Of a DNA stretch of 42,763 nt, positions 1 through 8,098 are shown piece by piece (positions within the stretch are counted from its first letter, which is position 1; every line of letters starts with the position of its first letter). The notes under the pieces are model-generated. The model saw only the letters and a list, made by a program, of their open reading frames with translations, searched no databases and had not been told where the DNA came from. The translations under genes and the position numbers were made by a program. Source of the stretch: SAR86 cluster bacterium (lineage in GTDB: Bacteria > Pseudomonadota > Gammaproteobacteria > Magnimaribacterales > TMED112); the NCBI GenBank assembly GCA_004321845.1, contig SHBL01000003.1, positions 1-42,763 on the forward strand. The letters are read 5' to 3'.

Positions 1-2
1 TT

Positions 3-512
3 ATTTCAAAAAAAGTAAAAGGTAAGACTATATATTTGTGCGATCAGAACAATGAAATGATTGAAAAGGCAAAAGAGAGATCATTAAACGAAGGGTTTTA
101 TCAAAAATGCAATTTTTCCGTATCAAGTGCAGAGGGTCTGCCTTATGAAAACGAAACTTTTGACAAGGTATTCATTTCTTTTGGGTTTAGAAATTTTTCT
201 GATAAAAAGGGTAGCTTGAACGAAATTTATAGAGTATTGAAGAAAGGGGGTAAGCTTCAAATACTTGAATTTTCATCTGCTCAAGGTAAAAATTTTTCAA
301 AACTTTATGATTTCTATAGCTATAACTTCATACCAAAAATAGGTGACTTAATATCAGGTGATCATGATAGTTATGATTATTTAGTTAAATCTATTCGCAC
401 TCATGAAAATCAAGAAGAAATGCTAGAACTATTTAATCAAACAGGCTATTTGGAATGTGAATTCGAGAACATCTTCAGGGGTATTGTTGCTATACATAGA
501 GGAACAAAGTGA
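3..512 (+). CDS. ubiE: Ubiquinone/menaquinone C-methyltransferase UbiE (5'-truncated by window edge)
   Basis: Frame is open from position 3; motifs AEGLPYENETFD, ISFGFRN, EIYRVLKKGG, ILEFS, YDYLVKSIR, GIVAIHRG; directly upstream of ubiB. Confidence 0.93.
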   Translation: MSKKVKGKTIYLCDQNNEMIEKAKERSLNEGFYQKCNFSVSSAEGLPYENETFDKVFISFGFRNFSDKKGSLNEIYRVLKKGGKLQILEFSSAQGKNFSKLYDFYSYNFIPKIGDLISGDHDSYDYLVKSIRTHENQEEMLELFNQTGYLECEFENIFRGIVAIHRGTK

Positions 513-1900
513 GATTAATAAGGCTTTTTCAGATATTTTATTCAATTCGAAGTACTGGAATTTTTAATTTGTTTATAAAAGGTTATAACCCTTTTTTAAA
601 AACTTTTAATCAACGAAATAATATTGAGAATAAATTTAAAAAAACCATGGAAAATTTGGGTCCAGTTTTTGTTAAATTAGGCCAGCTCTTATCGACTAGA
701 ACAGATATAGTGTCTCATGATTTAGCGAAAGAACTAGGAGAGCTTACTGATAATTGTGAGCCGGTAGAATATTCATATATCAAAGACCAACTAATTAAAA
801 ATTTAGGCACTAAATCACAAAAGATTTTAGACACCATCGATCCAAGTCCATTAGCAGCTGCTTCGCTGGCGCAAGTTCATAGGTTCTCATATCAAGATAA
901 AGAACTGATTGTTAAGGTGCAAAGACCAGATCTAGAAAAATTGATTTTGCGTGATATTCAAGCTATCAGGCTTGGTGCAAGACTAATAAGATTATTTTAT
1001 AAAGGCTATCCCAGGATAAATTTAAGTTCTGTTGTAGATGACTATGAGAGGATTATTTTAAATGAGCTTGATTTTAGAATTGAAGCAGCAAATGCAAAGA
1101 AAACTTACAACAACTTCCTGCAGACAGAACATTTATATGTTCCTGAAGTCCATGATGATTTTACGACAAAAAAAACACTGGTTATGGAATACATAGATGG
1201 TGTTCCTATAACATCTACATCTGATTTAAAAAAATTGGGTCTAAATCTAAAAACTCTCTCTGAAAATGGTGTAAAAATTTTCTTGAAGCAAGTCTTTGAT
1301 GATAATTTTTTTCATGCTGATATGCATCCAGGCAATATCTTTGCTGCAAAAGATAATCCAAATAATCCATATTATTATGCTGTTGATTATGCAATTTGTG
1401 GTTCTCTTACAGAATCGAACCAGATATTGCTAGCTCAAATGATTGCTTGCCTATTAGAAAGGGATTTCTTTTCCTTGGCTCAACTTTTTATATTCGCTGA
1501 ATGGGTTAAGGAAGATACAAAAACTGAAGAGCTTGAAGCTGTTTTAAGGGCCAATTGTGAAACGCTGCTTGATAAGCCTCTTTCTCAAATATTGTTTGGG
1601 GAATTATTGCTAAATCTTTTTGATGGAATGAAGCAGTTTGATTTATATCTAGATAATGATTTAGTCCTTTTAGTTAAGACATTAGTACATATCGAAGGAA
1701 TGGGTCGACAGATATACCCAGAGCTAGATTTCTGGTCGATAGCTCAGCCATTTATAAATAGATGGATAAATGAGAAATATAGTGTAAAAGGTTTAATCAA
1801 GTATCTTGTATCAAAAAAACATATACTTACATATATGATTCTCAAGAAAATTGAAGAGTCTAGATATAAATTTGAAGAAGGCAGTGTAGAAGAGACATGA
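509..1900 (+). CDS. ubiB: Ubiquinone biosynthesis ABC1/ADCK kinase-like protein UbiB
   Basis: LGPVFVKLGQLLSTRTD, AAASLAQVH, VKVQRP, ELDFRIEAAN, FFHADMHPGN; ubiE-ubiB-tat context. Confidence 0.95.
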   Translation: MRLIRLFQIFYSIRSTGIFNLFIKGYNPFLKTFNQRNNIENKFKKTMENLGPVFVKLGQLLSTRTDIVSHDLAKELGELTDNCEPVEYSYIKDQLIKNLGTKSQKILDTIDPSPLAAASLAQVHRFSYQDKELIVKVQRPDLEKLILRDIQAIRLGARLIRLFYKGYPRINLSSVVDDYERIILNELDFRIEAANAKKTYNNFLQTEHLYVPEVHDDFTTKKTLVMEYIDGVPITSTSDLKKLGLNLKTLSENGVKIFLKQVFDDNFFHADMHPGNIFAAKDNPNNPYYYAVDYAICGSLTESNQILLAQMIACLLERDFFSLAQLFIFAEWVKEDTKTEELEAVLRANCETLLDKPLSQILFGELLLNLFDGMKQFDLYLDNDLVLLVKTLVHIEGMGRQIYPELDFWSIAQPFINRWINEKYSVKGLIKYLVSKKHILTYMILKKIEESRYKFEEGSVEET

Positions 1901-2055
1901 GTATTGGATTTTGGCAAATACTGGTAGTTTTATTACTAATTTTAGTAATTTTTGGATCATCAAGGATAAAATCTGTTGGCTCAGATTTAGGTAAAGCATT
2001 CAAAGGGTTCAAAAAAGAAATTAAAGAGGAAGATGATCCAGATAGGGATTCCTGA
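1897..2055 (+). CDS. tatA: Twin-arginine translocase TatA (52 aa, absent from ORF track)
   Basis: Manual translation MSIGFWQILVVLLLILVIFGSSRIKSVGSDLGKAFKGFKKEIKEEDDPDRDS*; TM helix, FG hinge, amphipathic DLGKAFKGFKK; ATGA overlap with ubiB stop. Confidence 0.95.
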   Translation: MSIGFWQILVVLLLILVIFGSSRIKSVGSDLGKAFKGFKKEIKEEDDPDRDS

Positions 2056-2263
2056 ACTCTTAATAATAATTCTAATAACTTTATTTTCTGTTAAACCAGA
2101 GAATATCCAAAGTTATATAAAAACTTTTTATAAGTACGTTCTTCATTTTCAAAATTTCTTCTCTTCTGCAAAAGATAATTTAGAAAAAGAGCTAAATATA
2201 GATGGATTAAAACAAGACATCCACAATGAAAAGCGTTTAAAAGAGCTAGATAAAGATGTCTAA
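2033..2263 (+). CDS. tatB: Twin-arginine translocase TatB (short, 76 aa)
   Basis: IGIPELLII N-terminal TM helix, then KPENI hinge and amphipathic helix; lies between tatA and tatC. Confidence 0.8.
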   Translation: MIQIGIPELLIIILITLFSVKPENIQSYIKTFYKYVLHFQNFFSSAKDNLEKELNIDGLKQDIHNEKRLKELDKDV

Positions 2264-2966
2264 TGGCCTTGCTAAACATTTCCTTGAGCTACGGAATAGA
2301 GTTATCTACTCATTGGCATTTTTTGCACTTTGTTTTATTTGTATCTACCCCTTCAATAATTTTATTTTTACGGATTTAGTTAATTTCTTAGATCCATTTA
2401 TTAATATTGAATTAATCGCTGTAGAAGTTGCTTCTCCATTTATTGTTCCCTTCAAACTATCTGCTTATTTAGCTGCACTTGTCGCAATGCCATTTTTTTT
2501 ATTTCAGACTTTAGCCTTTATGTCGCCAGGACTTTATCCTCAAGAACGCTCAGTAATATTCTCTAGAACTATATTGGGCACTATATTATTTTATTCAGGC
2601 GTAGCTTTCTGCTTACTGGTAGTGTTGCCTAATGTGCTTAATTTTTTTCAAACTGTAGGTCCAAGTTTAATCAAGGTTAGTACAGATATAACTTATTTTA
2701 TGAATTTTGTACTTTCCTTATCTTTTGGTTTTGGAATAGCATTCCAAATACCAATCATCGTAAATGCGCTTATAGGTTTAAACATTGCTTCAAAAGAAAC
2801 AATTAAAAAATATAGAGGTTTTGTTTTAGTGATGTGTTTTGTTTTTGGGATGATTTTTACGCCACCCGATATTATTTCGCAGTTTATGATGGCAATTCCA
2901 ATGTATATTCTCTTTGAAACAGGTTTATTATTCAGCTATGAAAAAGAAAAAGAATCCCATAGCTAA
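2256..2966 (+). CDS. tatC: Twin-arginine translocase TatC
   Basis: HFLELRNR, EVASPFIVPFKL, SPGLYPQER, FGIAFQIP, FTPPDIISQ, PMYILFE. Confidence 0.96.
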   Translation: MSNGLAKHFLELRNRVIYSLAFFALCFICIYPFNNFIFTDLVNFLDPFINIELIAVEVASPFIVPFKLSAYLAALVAMPFFLFQTLAFMSPGLYPQERSVIFSRTILGTILFYSGVAFCLLVVLPNVLNFFQTVGPSLIKVSTDITYFMNFVLSLSFGFGIAFQIPIIVNALIGLNIASKETIKKYRGFVLVMCFVFGMIFTPPDIISQFMMAIPMYILFETGLLFSYEKEKESHS

Positions 2967-3072
2967 GGATCTTAGAACACCAAAATATAGACTTAAAGTT
3001 GCGCCCGATAAGAAAAAATATTCCCGAAAAAATCAGCCCATTCCTCACACTTTAGAAACAGACAAAAATTAA
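2938..3072 (+). CDS. Small basic ArfA-like (alternative ribosome rescue factor A-like) protein, 44 aa
   Basis: Manual translation MKKKKNPIAKDLRTPKYRLKVAPDKKKYSRKNQPIPHTLETDKN*; matches the ArfA pattern N-x-I-x3-L-x2-P-x-[FY]-R-x2-V-x3-KK...Y-x-RK but lacks the GKG of the KGKGS motif; overlaps tatC 3' end. Confidence 0.62.
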   Translation: MKKKKNPIAKDLRTPKYRLKVAPDKKKYSRKNQPIPHTLETDKN

Positions 3073-3104
3073 CTTAATTCGTGCAACATTCATATTACAT
3101 TTAT

Positions 3105-3133
3105 GTGACAAATGTGTGACATTAATGTATCAT
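3105..3133 (+). promoter_or_regulatory. Sigma70-type promoter GTGACA-N17-TATCAT, with the -10 ending 6 nt before ATG 3140 (leaderless-type) and a putative operator in the spacer
   Basis: -35 at 3105-3110 and -10 at 3128-3133, each 5/6 to consensus; no Shine-Dalgarno between -10 and ATG; TGTGACA repeated at 3104 and 3115. Confidence 0.55.
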
Positions 3134-3139
3134 TAACTT

Positions 3140-3436
3140 ATGAAAAAGATATTACTAGCATGTTCTTTTGCATTGATGAGCTTATTTTGTAATGCAGATA
3201 ATCATATAAATAAAAAAGATATCACTACTATATTATTTACAAGTTCGAATAAGATTATTTTCAACTTAAATAATGGAACTTCATTTCGGGGCGATATTTT
3301 AACCAAGAAAACTTGTCCTATTAAAAGAAATTTTCATAAAATTTTCTTTGAAGATGATGTTGTAACAAATTCTCTTATTATCTTTAAAAATAGTGGATTT
3401 GTTACTTGCAAATGGGATAATCTTACAAAAATTTAG
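3140..3436 (+). CDS. Hypothetical secreted/periplasmic protein, 98 aa
   Basis: Sec-type signal peptide MKKILLACSFALMSLFCNA; two Cys in the mature part (KTCP, TCKW); no family recognised with confidence. Confidence 0.7.
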   Translation: MKKILLACSFALMSLFCNADNHINKKDITTILFTSSNKIIFNLNNGTSFRGDILTKKTCPIKRNFHKIFFEDDVVTNSLIIFKNSGFVTCKWDNLTKI

Positions 3437-3449
3437 CACCTCTCAATCA

Positions 3450-3527
3450 ATGCGAAGGCTATTAAAAAAATTAGATAAGCTTATGAAAGCTGGGTCTCTA
3501 GAGAGAGTTATCAGAAAAAGCTTTTGA
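3450..3527 (+). CDS. Candidate 25-aa basic amphipathic peptide
   Basis: Manual translation MRRLLKKLDKLMKAGSLERVIRKSF*; starts 13 nt after the 98-aa gene, fills the gap before acs and overlaps the acs 3' end by 30 nt. Confidence 0.35.
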   Translation: MRRLLKKLDKLMKAGSLERVIRKSF

Positions 3528-5426
3528 TTGAATTAATTCTTCTACAATACTAGGGTCTGCTAGAGTGGTGACATCTCCCAAGTTGTCCGTATTATTATTT
3601 GCAATCTTTCTAAGGATTCTTCTCATAATTTTTCCTGACCTCGTCTTTGGTAAATCACGGGAAAAATGAATAACTTCAGGCATTGCAATCTTACCTATAG
3701 AAGTAGTGACAGCATTTAAAATTTCACTATTTAGTTCTGTTTTATCTCTTTCAGAATTTTTTAAAATAACGAAGGCATATATTGCTTGCCCTTTAATTTC
3801 ATGTTCAACACCAACAACTGCAGCTTCAGCAACATCTTCATGAGTAACTATTGCACTTTCAACTTCAGCTGTACCAATTCTGTGGCCTGATACATTAAGC
3901 ACATCATCAACTCTACCAGTAACCCAGAAATACCCATCTTTGTCTCTTTTGGCTCCATCTCCCGTAAAGTATTTACCGTCGTATTGCGTAAAATAAGTTT
4001 GCACCATTCTTTCATGATCACCATAAACTGTTCTAATTTGACTTGGCCAAGAGTGATTTATGCATAAATTACCCTTTCCTTCTCCAAGTATCTCATCTCC
4101 ATCCTTATCTACCAACGAAGGCTTGACACCAAAGAATGGTAGAGTAGCTGATCCTGGTTTTTTAGAAGTGATTCCAGCTATTGGTGAAATAAGTACAGAG
4201 CCTGTTTCTGTTTGCCACCAAGTATCTATTACTTCACACTTTGATTTACCAACATTCCTAAAATACCATTCCCATACTTCAGGGTTTATTGGCTCGCCCA
4301 CTGTTCCCAGCACTCTCAAAGATGCAAGATTATAACCATCTAAATGATGATCTCCTTTGGCAATTAAGGCTCTGATAGCAGTTGGAGCTGTATAAAAGAT
4401 ATTCACTTTATGCTGATCACATATTTCCCAGAATCTTGATGGATTTGGATAAGTTGGAACACCTTCAAACATTAAGGTTGTAGCTCCATTTGATAATGGT
4501 CCATATAGAATATAGGTATGGCCAGTAATCCATCCTACGTCGGCAGTACACCAGTAAATGTCATCTTCTTGGTAGCCAAAAATATATTTGAAACTTAGAG
4601 TTGCTCCTAATAAATAACCTCCTGTTGTGTGCATAACACCTTTTGGTTTTCCTGTTGAACCAGAGGTATAAAGAATAAAAGAAGGATCCTCTGAATTCAT
4701 CTCTTCACAAGGACAAATGTCATACATATTTGCGATCAAATCTTGGTAAGAAATATCAATATGCTCATTCCACTTTATATCTGTGCCTGTGTATTTAAAT
4801 ACGATATTTTTTTTTACATTTGGACATAACTTTAAAGCCTGATCGACGCTTTCTTTAAGGGGAATTTTCTTGCCTCCTCTTATGCCCTCATCAGCTGTTA
4901 TGACATACTCGCACTCTGCATCATTAATGCGCGAGCTTATTGCTTCTGGTGAAAAACCACCAAACACAACTGAATGAATGGCTCCAATCCTCATACATGC
5001 CAACATTGAATAAGCAGCTTGCGGAACCATTGGCATATATATGCAAATCCTATCGCCCTTTTTTACCCCTAGAGCTTTTAAACCATTGGCCAATTTTGAT
5101 ACTTCGGTTAGTAGCTCTTTATAGGTTATTTGTTGGTTATGATTTTTATCATCGCCCTGCCAAATGATGGCGGTTTTGTTGGGTGTTTCTTTAACATGCC
5201 TATCTAAGCAGTTATAGGTAATGTTAAGTTTTCCATCTTCAAACCATGTTGGTGCTGTTAATTCGCCGCAGTGACCTTTTTTGGGTTCTTTAAACCATTC
5301 AATTTCTTTCTTTGCTTGATCTAGAAAGAATTCACTGGGGTTTTGAATAGAATCCTCATACATCGACAAGTACTCATCAAAACTTTTTAAGTGCGGGTTT
5401 TGGAAATCTTTTATATCAAATTTCAT
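3498..5426 (-). CDS. acs: Acetate--CoA ligase (acetyl-CoA synthetase)
   Basis: YTSGSTGKPKG, WCTADVGWITGH, DTWWQTE, GRVDDVLNVSGHRIG, PKTRSGKIMRR; start placed at 5426 (MKFDIK) rather than 5456 to minimise overlap. Confidence 0.97.
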   Translation of the reverse strand: MKFDIKDFQNPHLKSFDEYLSMYEDSIQNPSEFFLDQAKKEIEWFKEPKKGHCGELTAPTWFEDGKLNITYNCLDRHVKETPNKTAIIWQGDDKNHNQQITYKELLTEVSKLANGLKALGVKKGDRICIYMPMVPQAAYSMLACMRIGAIHSVVFGGFSPEAISSRINDAECEYVITADEGIRGGKKIPLKESVDQALKLCPNVKKNIVFKYTGTDIKWNEHIDISYQDLIANMYDICPCEEMNSEDPSFILYTSGSTGKPKGVMHTTGGYLLGATLSFKYIFGYQEDDIYWCTADVGWITGHTYILYGPLSNGATTLMFEGVPTYPNPSRFWEICDQHKVNIFYTAPTAIRALIAKGDHHLDGYNLASLRVLGTVGEPINPEVWEWYFRNVGKSKCEVIDTWWQTETGSVLISPIAGITSKKPGSATLPFFGVKPSLVDKDGDEILGEGKGNLCINHSWPSQIRTVYGDHERMVQTYFTQYDGKYFTGDGAKRDKDGYFWVTGRVDDVLNVSGHRIGTAEVESAIVTHEDVAEAAVVGVEHEIKGQAIYAFVILKNSERDKTELNSEILNAVTTSIGKIAMPEVIHFSRDLPKTRSGKIMRRILRKIANNNTDNLGDVTTLADPSIVEELIQSKAFSDNSL

Positions 5427-5955
5427 TTTTTGTAATGCTCTCGATAAGACCATCAACAGTATCTGTTACAAAAATAGTATCTGGCAGTTTACCCAACATA
5501 TCCTGCTCTATATTTTTATCTATCCAATTCAATAGATAGGTCCAACAATCATTTTTATTAAAAATAAAAATTTTCTTATCTATTAACCCTAACGCAACAT
5601 GGTTAAGAACGTCAAAAAATTCATCTGCAGTCCCCACTCCTCCAGGCATAATCACAAAAAAATCTGATTGATCTATTAAACTCTTTTTTCGAGTATAGAA
5701 ATTTTCCTGGATCTCAAGCTCATCAAGATATTCAGGCGTGACACCAATGTCATCAAACATTGGTAATGAAATCCCTTTAATTTTACCTTTATTCTTGGAG
5801 ACTTCTTCTGAGAGTTTGCCCATAAGACCACACTTACCTCCACCATAAACCAGTTTTATGTTTTCCGAAGCCAAGAAGCTTGCAAATATCTCTAGATCAG
5901 AATTTATATCAAATGTTGGGTTGCGAGACGATAGAAAAATGCCTGCAGACTTCAC
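5416..5955 (-). CDS. LOG-family nucleotide monophosphate nucleosidase (Rossmann fold)
   Basis: LVYGGGKCGLMG, RK, PGGVGTADE (LOG PGGxGTxxE motif). Confidence 0.88.
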   Translation of the reverse strand: MKSAGIFLSSRNPTFDINSDLEIFASFLASENIKLVYGGGKCGLMGKLSEEVSKNKGKIKGISLPMFDDIGVTPEYLDELEIQENFYTRKKSLIDQSDFFVIMPGGVGTADEFFDVLNHVALGLIDKKIFIFNKNDCWTYLLNWIDKNIEQDMLGKLPDTIFVTDTVDGLIESITKNEI

Positions 5956-6969
5956 TTAATTCTCTAGGTCTGCGCTCCAGATTCCCAAAGCAGCGAGCTT
6001 ATTCATTTTAGCTCTATGAGCAAATGCTTGTTGGCCAGCATTTTTATTTTCTGGCTTTCCTAGCCAAGCATTAAGTGCAGATTGTTGTAAGGCTCTTCCA
6101 TATGAAAAGCTTAGTTTCCACGCAAAGCCACCTATTTTATTCATCTTATCTAAATGTTCAGTAGACTCAATTTCAGTTTGACCTCCTGAAAGAAAAGCTA
6201 CTCCTGGAAGTTCATCTGGAACAGATTCATTAAGGCATTTAATTGTCATTTCACCCACTTCTTCTACAGACGATTTTTGATCACTATCAGAGCCTGCTGT
6301 AACCATATTTGGTTTCAATATAGTACCTGTAACGTCTACATCGTAGCTTTTAAGATAATCAAATAGTGATTTTATTGATCTGCTTGTAGCATCGTAACAA
6401 TCTTCAATTGTGTGCTTTCCATTTATTAAAACTTCTGGTTCTACTATTGGAACCATGCCATTTTTCTGTGCTATCTTTGCGTATTTTGCTAATGCTTCCA
6501 TATTTGCATCGATGCATTCTTGGGTTGGTATTCCGTCACCAATGTTTATCACAGCTCTCCACTTAGTAAACTTTGCGCCTAATTTGGCATATTCAGCACA
6601 TCTCTCATCAAGGTCATCTAAACCTTGGGTTAATGTCTCAACTTCTGAACCTTCAAAGGGCTTTAATCCTTTATCGACTTTAATCCCTGGCAAAGCTCCA
6701 CTTTCTAATATGAGATCAACAAGTGATTGGCCCGCATCTGTTTTTTGTCTAATAGTCTCATCAAACAAAATTACGCCACCTATATTTTCACTCATTCCTT
6801 TTGATGAAAAGAGTAACTCTCTATAGTCACGTCTGTTTTCTTCGGTGCTTTCTACTGAGATTGTGTCAAATCTCTTTTTACAAGTAGGGTTGCTTTCATC
6901 AGCTGCAAGAATACCTTTGCCTTCTGATACGATGTAAGTTGCGATTTCGGATAAATTTGAGAAGTTCAT
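5956..6969 (-). CDS. fba: Fructose-bisphosphate aldolase, class I (Schiff-base type)
   Basis: GKGILAADES, GIKVDKG, KWRAV, IVEPEV, LKPNMV, FLSGGQ, SFSYGRALQ. Confidence 0.96.
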   Translation of the reverse strand: MNFSNLSEIATYIVSEGKGILAADESNPTCKKRFDTISVESTEENRRDYRELLFSSKGMSENIGGVILFDETIRQKTDAGQSLVDLILESGALPGIKVDKGLKPFEGSEVETLTQGLDDLDERCAEYAKLGAKFTKWRAVINIGDGIPTQECIDANMEALAKYAKIAQKNGMVPIVEPEVLINGKHTIEDCYDATSRSIKSLFDYLKSYDVDVTGTILKPNMVTAGSDSDQKSSVEEVGEMTIKCLNESVPDELPGVAFLSGGQTEIESTEHLDKMNKIGGFAWKLSFSYGRALQQSALNAWLGKPENKNAGQQAFAHRAKMNKLAALGIWSADLEN

Positions 6970-6976
6970 AAGTCAG

Positions 6977-8098
6977 CTATTTTAACCTCAAAGCCTCAAT
7001 AGATGGAAGCTTATATCCAGATAAATACTCTAAAAATGCACCTCCAGCAGTAGAAACATAATTAAATTTTTTAATATCTGAAAATTTACTTATTGCATAG
7101 ATAGTTTCACCACCCCCAGCAATCACTTTTGAGCTTGAATTTTCTAAGAAATTTATTAATTGTTTTGTTCCGTTTGAAAATTGCTCTATTTCAAATATTC
7201 CTAAAGGGCCATTCCAAATAATATATTTATGATTGCTTATGTTTCTCACCTCTTCACTTAATTCAATATCTAAAATCATTTTATTTTTATTAACCTCCTG
7301 GACTGGTACAAGTTCTGCAGAGTTATCTTGCGTTGAATTTGCAACATATACATTCTTTGGAAGAATTATTTTATTTGTATCTAATAGATTTCTTGATATA
7401 TCAATCATTTCATCTTCGACTAATGAAATCCCTACTTCATGACCAGCAGCTTTTAAAAAAGTGTTTGCGATACCTCCACCAACCAAGACTTTTGAAGAGT
7501 TAGAGATTAAGTTCTTAATAACATTTAGTTTTGTAGAGACTTTTGAACCACCCACAATGCTTAGAACATTTTCAGAATTATGAAGAGCAGAATCTAGGCT
7601 TTTGATCTCTTGTGAAAATAGTTGACCAGCACAAGCTTCCTTAGCCTCAAGAATTGCACCATATGTTGAAGCAGATTGTCTGTGGGCTGTTGCAAATGCG
7701 TCCATTACATAGACATCAAAACAATTAGAAATCATTGCAGACAGTTCTGAAGCATTGTCTTTCTCTCCTTTAAAAAATCTAATATTTTCCATTAAACATA
7801 ATGATTCTGGTATATTTTTAAATTCACTTAACAAAGGTATTTCTACATTAAGTCTTTTTTGAAACCAATTTTTAATTGGTTCAAGCGAATAGTTTTCATT
7901 GAAACTTCCTTCTTCAGGTCGTCCTAAATGGCTAATAATGCAAAGCTTTTTTGTTCTTTCAAGTATATAAAGTATAGAAGGAAGAGCTGCCGAAAGGCGT
8001 TCATGATTTAGTATCTCTCCATTTTCAATTGGTACATTTAAATCAACTCTGAGACCAACTTTTTTATCTGTAATGTCTATATCAACCAGATGGTTCAT
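6977..8098 (-). CDS. pgk: Phosphoglycerate kinase
   Basis: RVDLNVP, SHLGRP, ENIRF, DAFATAHR, GGSKVSTK, WNGPLGIFE, STAGGAFLE. Confidence 0.97.
   Translation of the reverse strand: MNHLVDIDITDKKVGLRVDLNVPIENGEILNHERLSAALPSILYILERTKKLCIISHLGRPEEGSFNENYSLEPIKNWFQKRLNVEIPLLSEFKNIPESLCLMENIRFFKGEKDNASELSAMISNCFDVYVMDAFATAHRQSASTYGAILEAKEACAGQLFSQEIKSLDSALHNSENVLSIVGGSKVSTKLNVIKNLISNSSKVLVGGGIANTFLKAAGHEVGISLVEDEMIDISRNLLDTNKIILPKNVYVANSTQDNSAELVPVQEVNKNKMILDIELSEEVRNISNHKYIIWNGPLGIFEIEQFSNGTKQLINFLENSSSKVIAGGGETIYAISKFSDIKKFNYVSTAGGAFLEYLSGYKLPSIEALRLK

Noticed and set aside
3475-3491. Short palindromes ATAAGCTTAT and AGCT-N6-AGCT as a terminator
   Set aside because: Stem too weak and no U-tract
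5427-5456. Longest-ORF starts in the track for acs (5456), and likewise dsbA (13634), coxB (29544), plus the internal starts for ubiE (36) and dnaN (42510)
   Set aside because: The first three overlap a neighbouring gene or a -10 element, and downstream ATGs give better N-termini; ubiE and dnaN are simply cut by the window edges and are not pseudogenes
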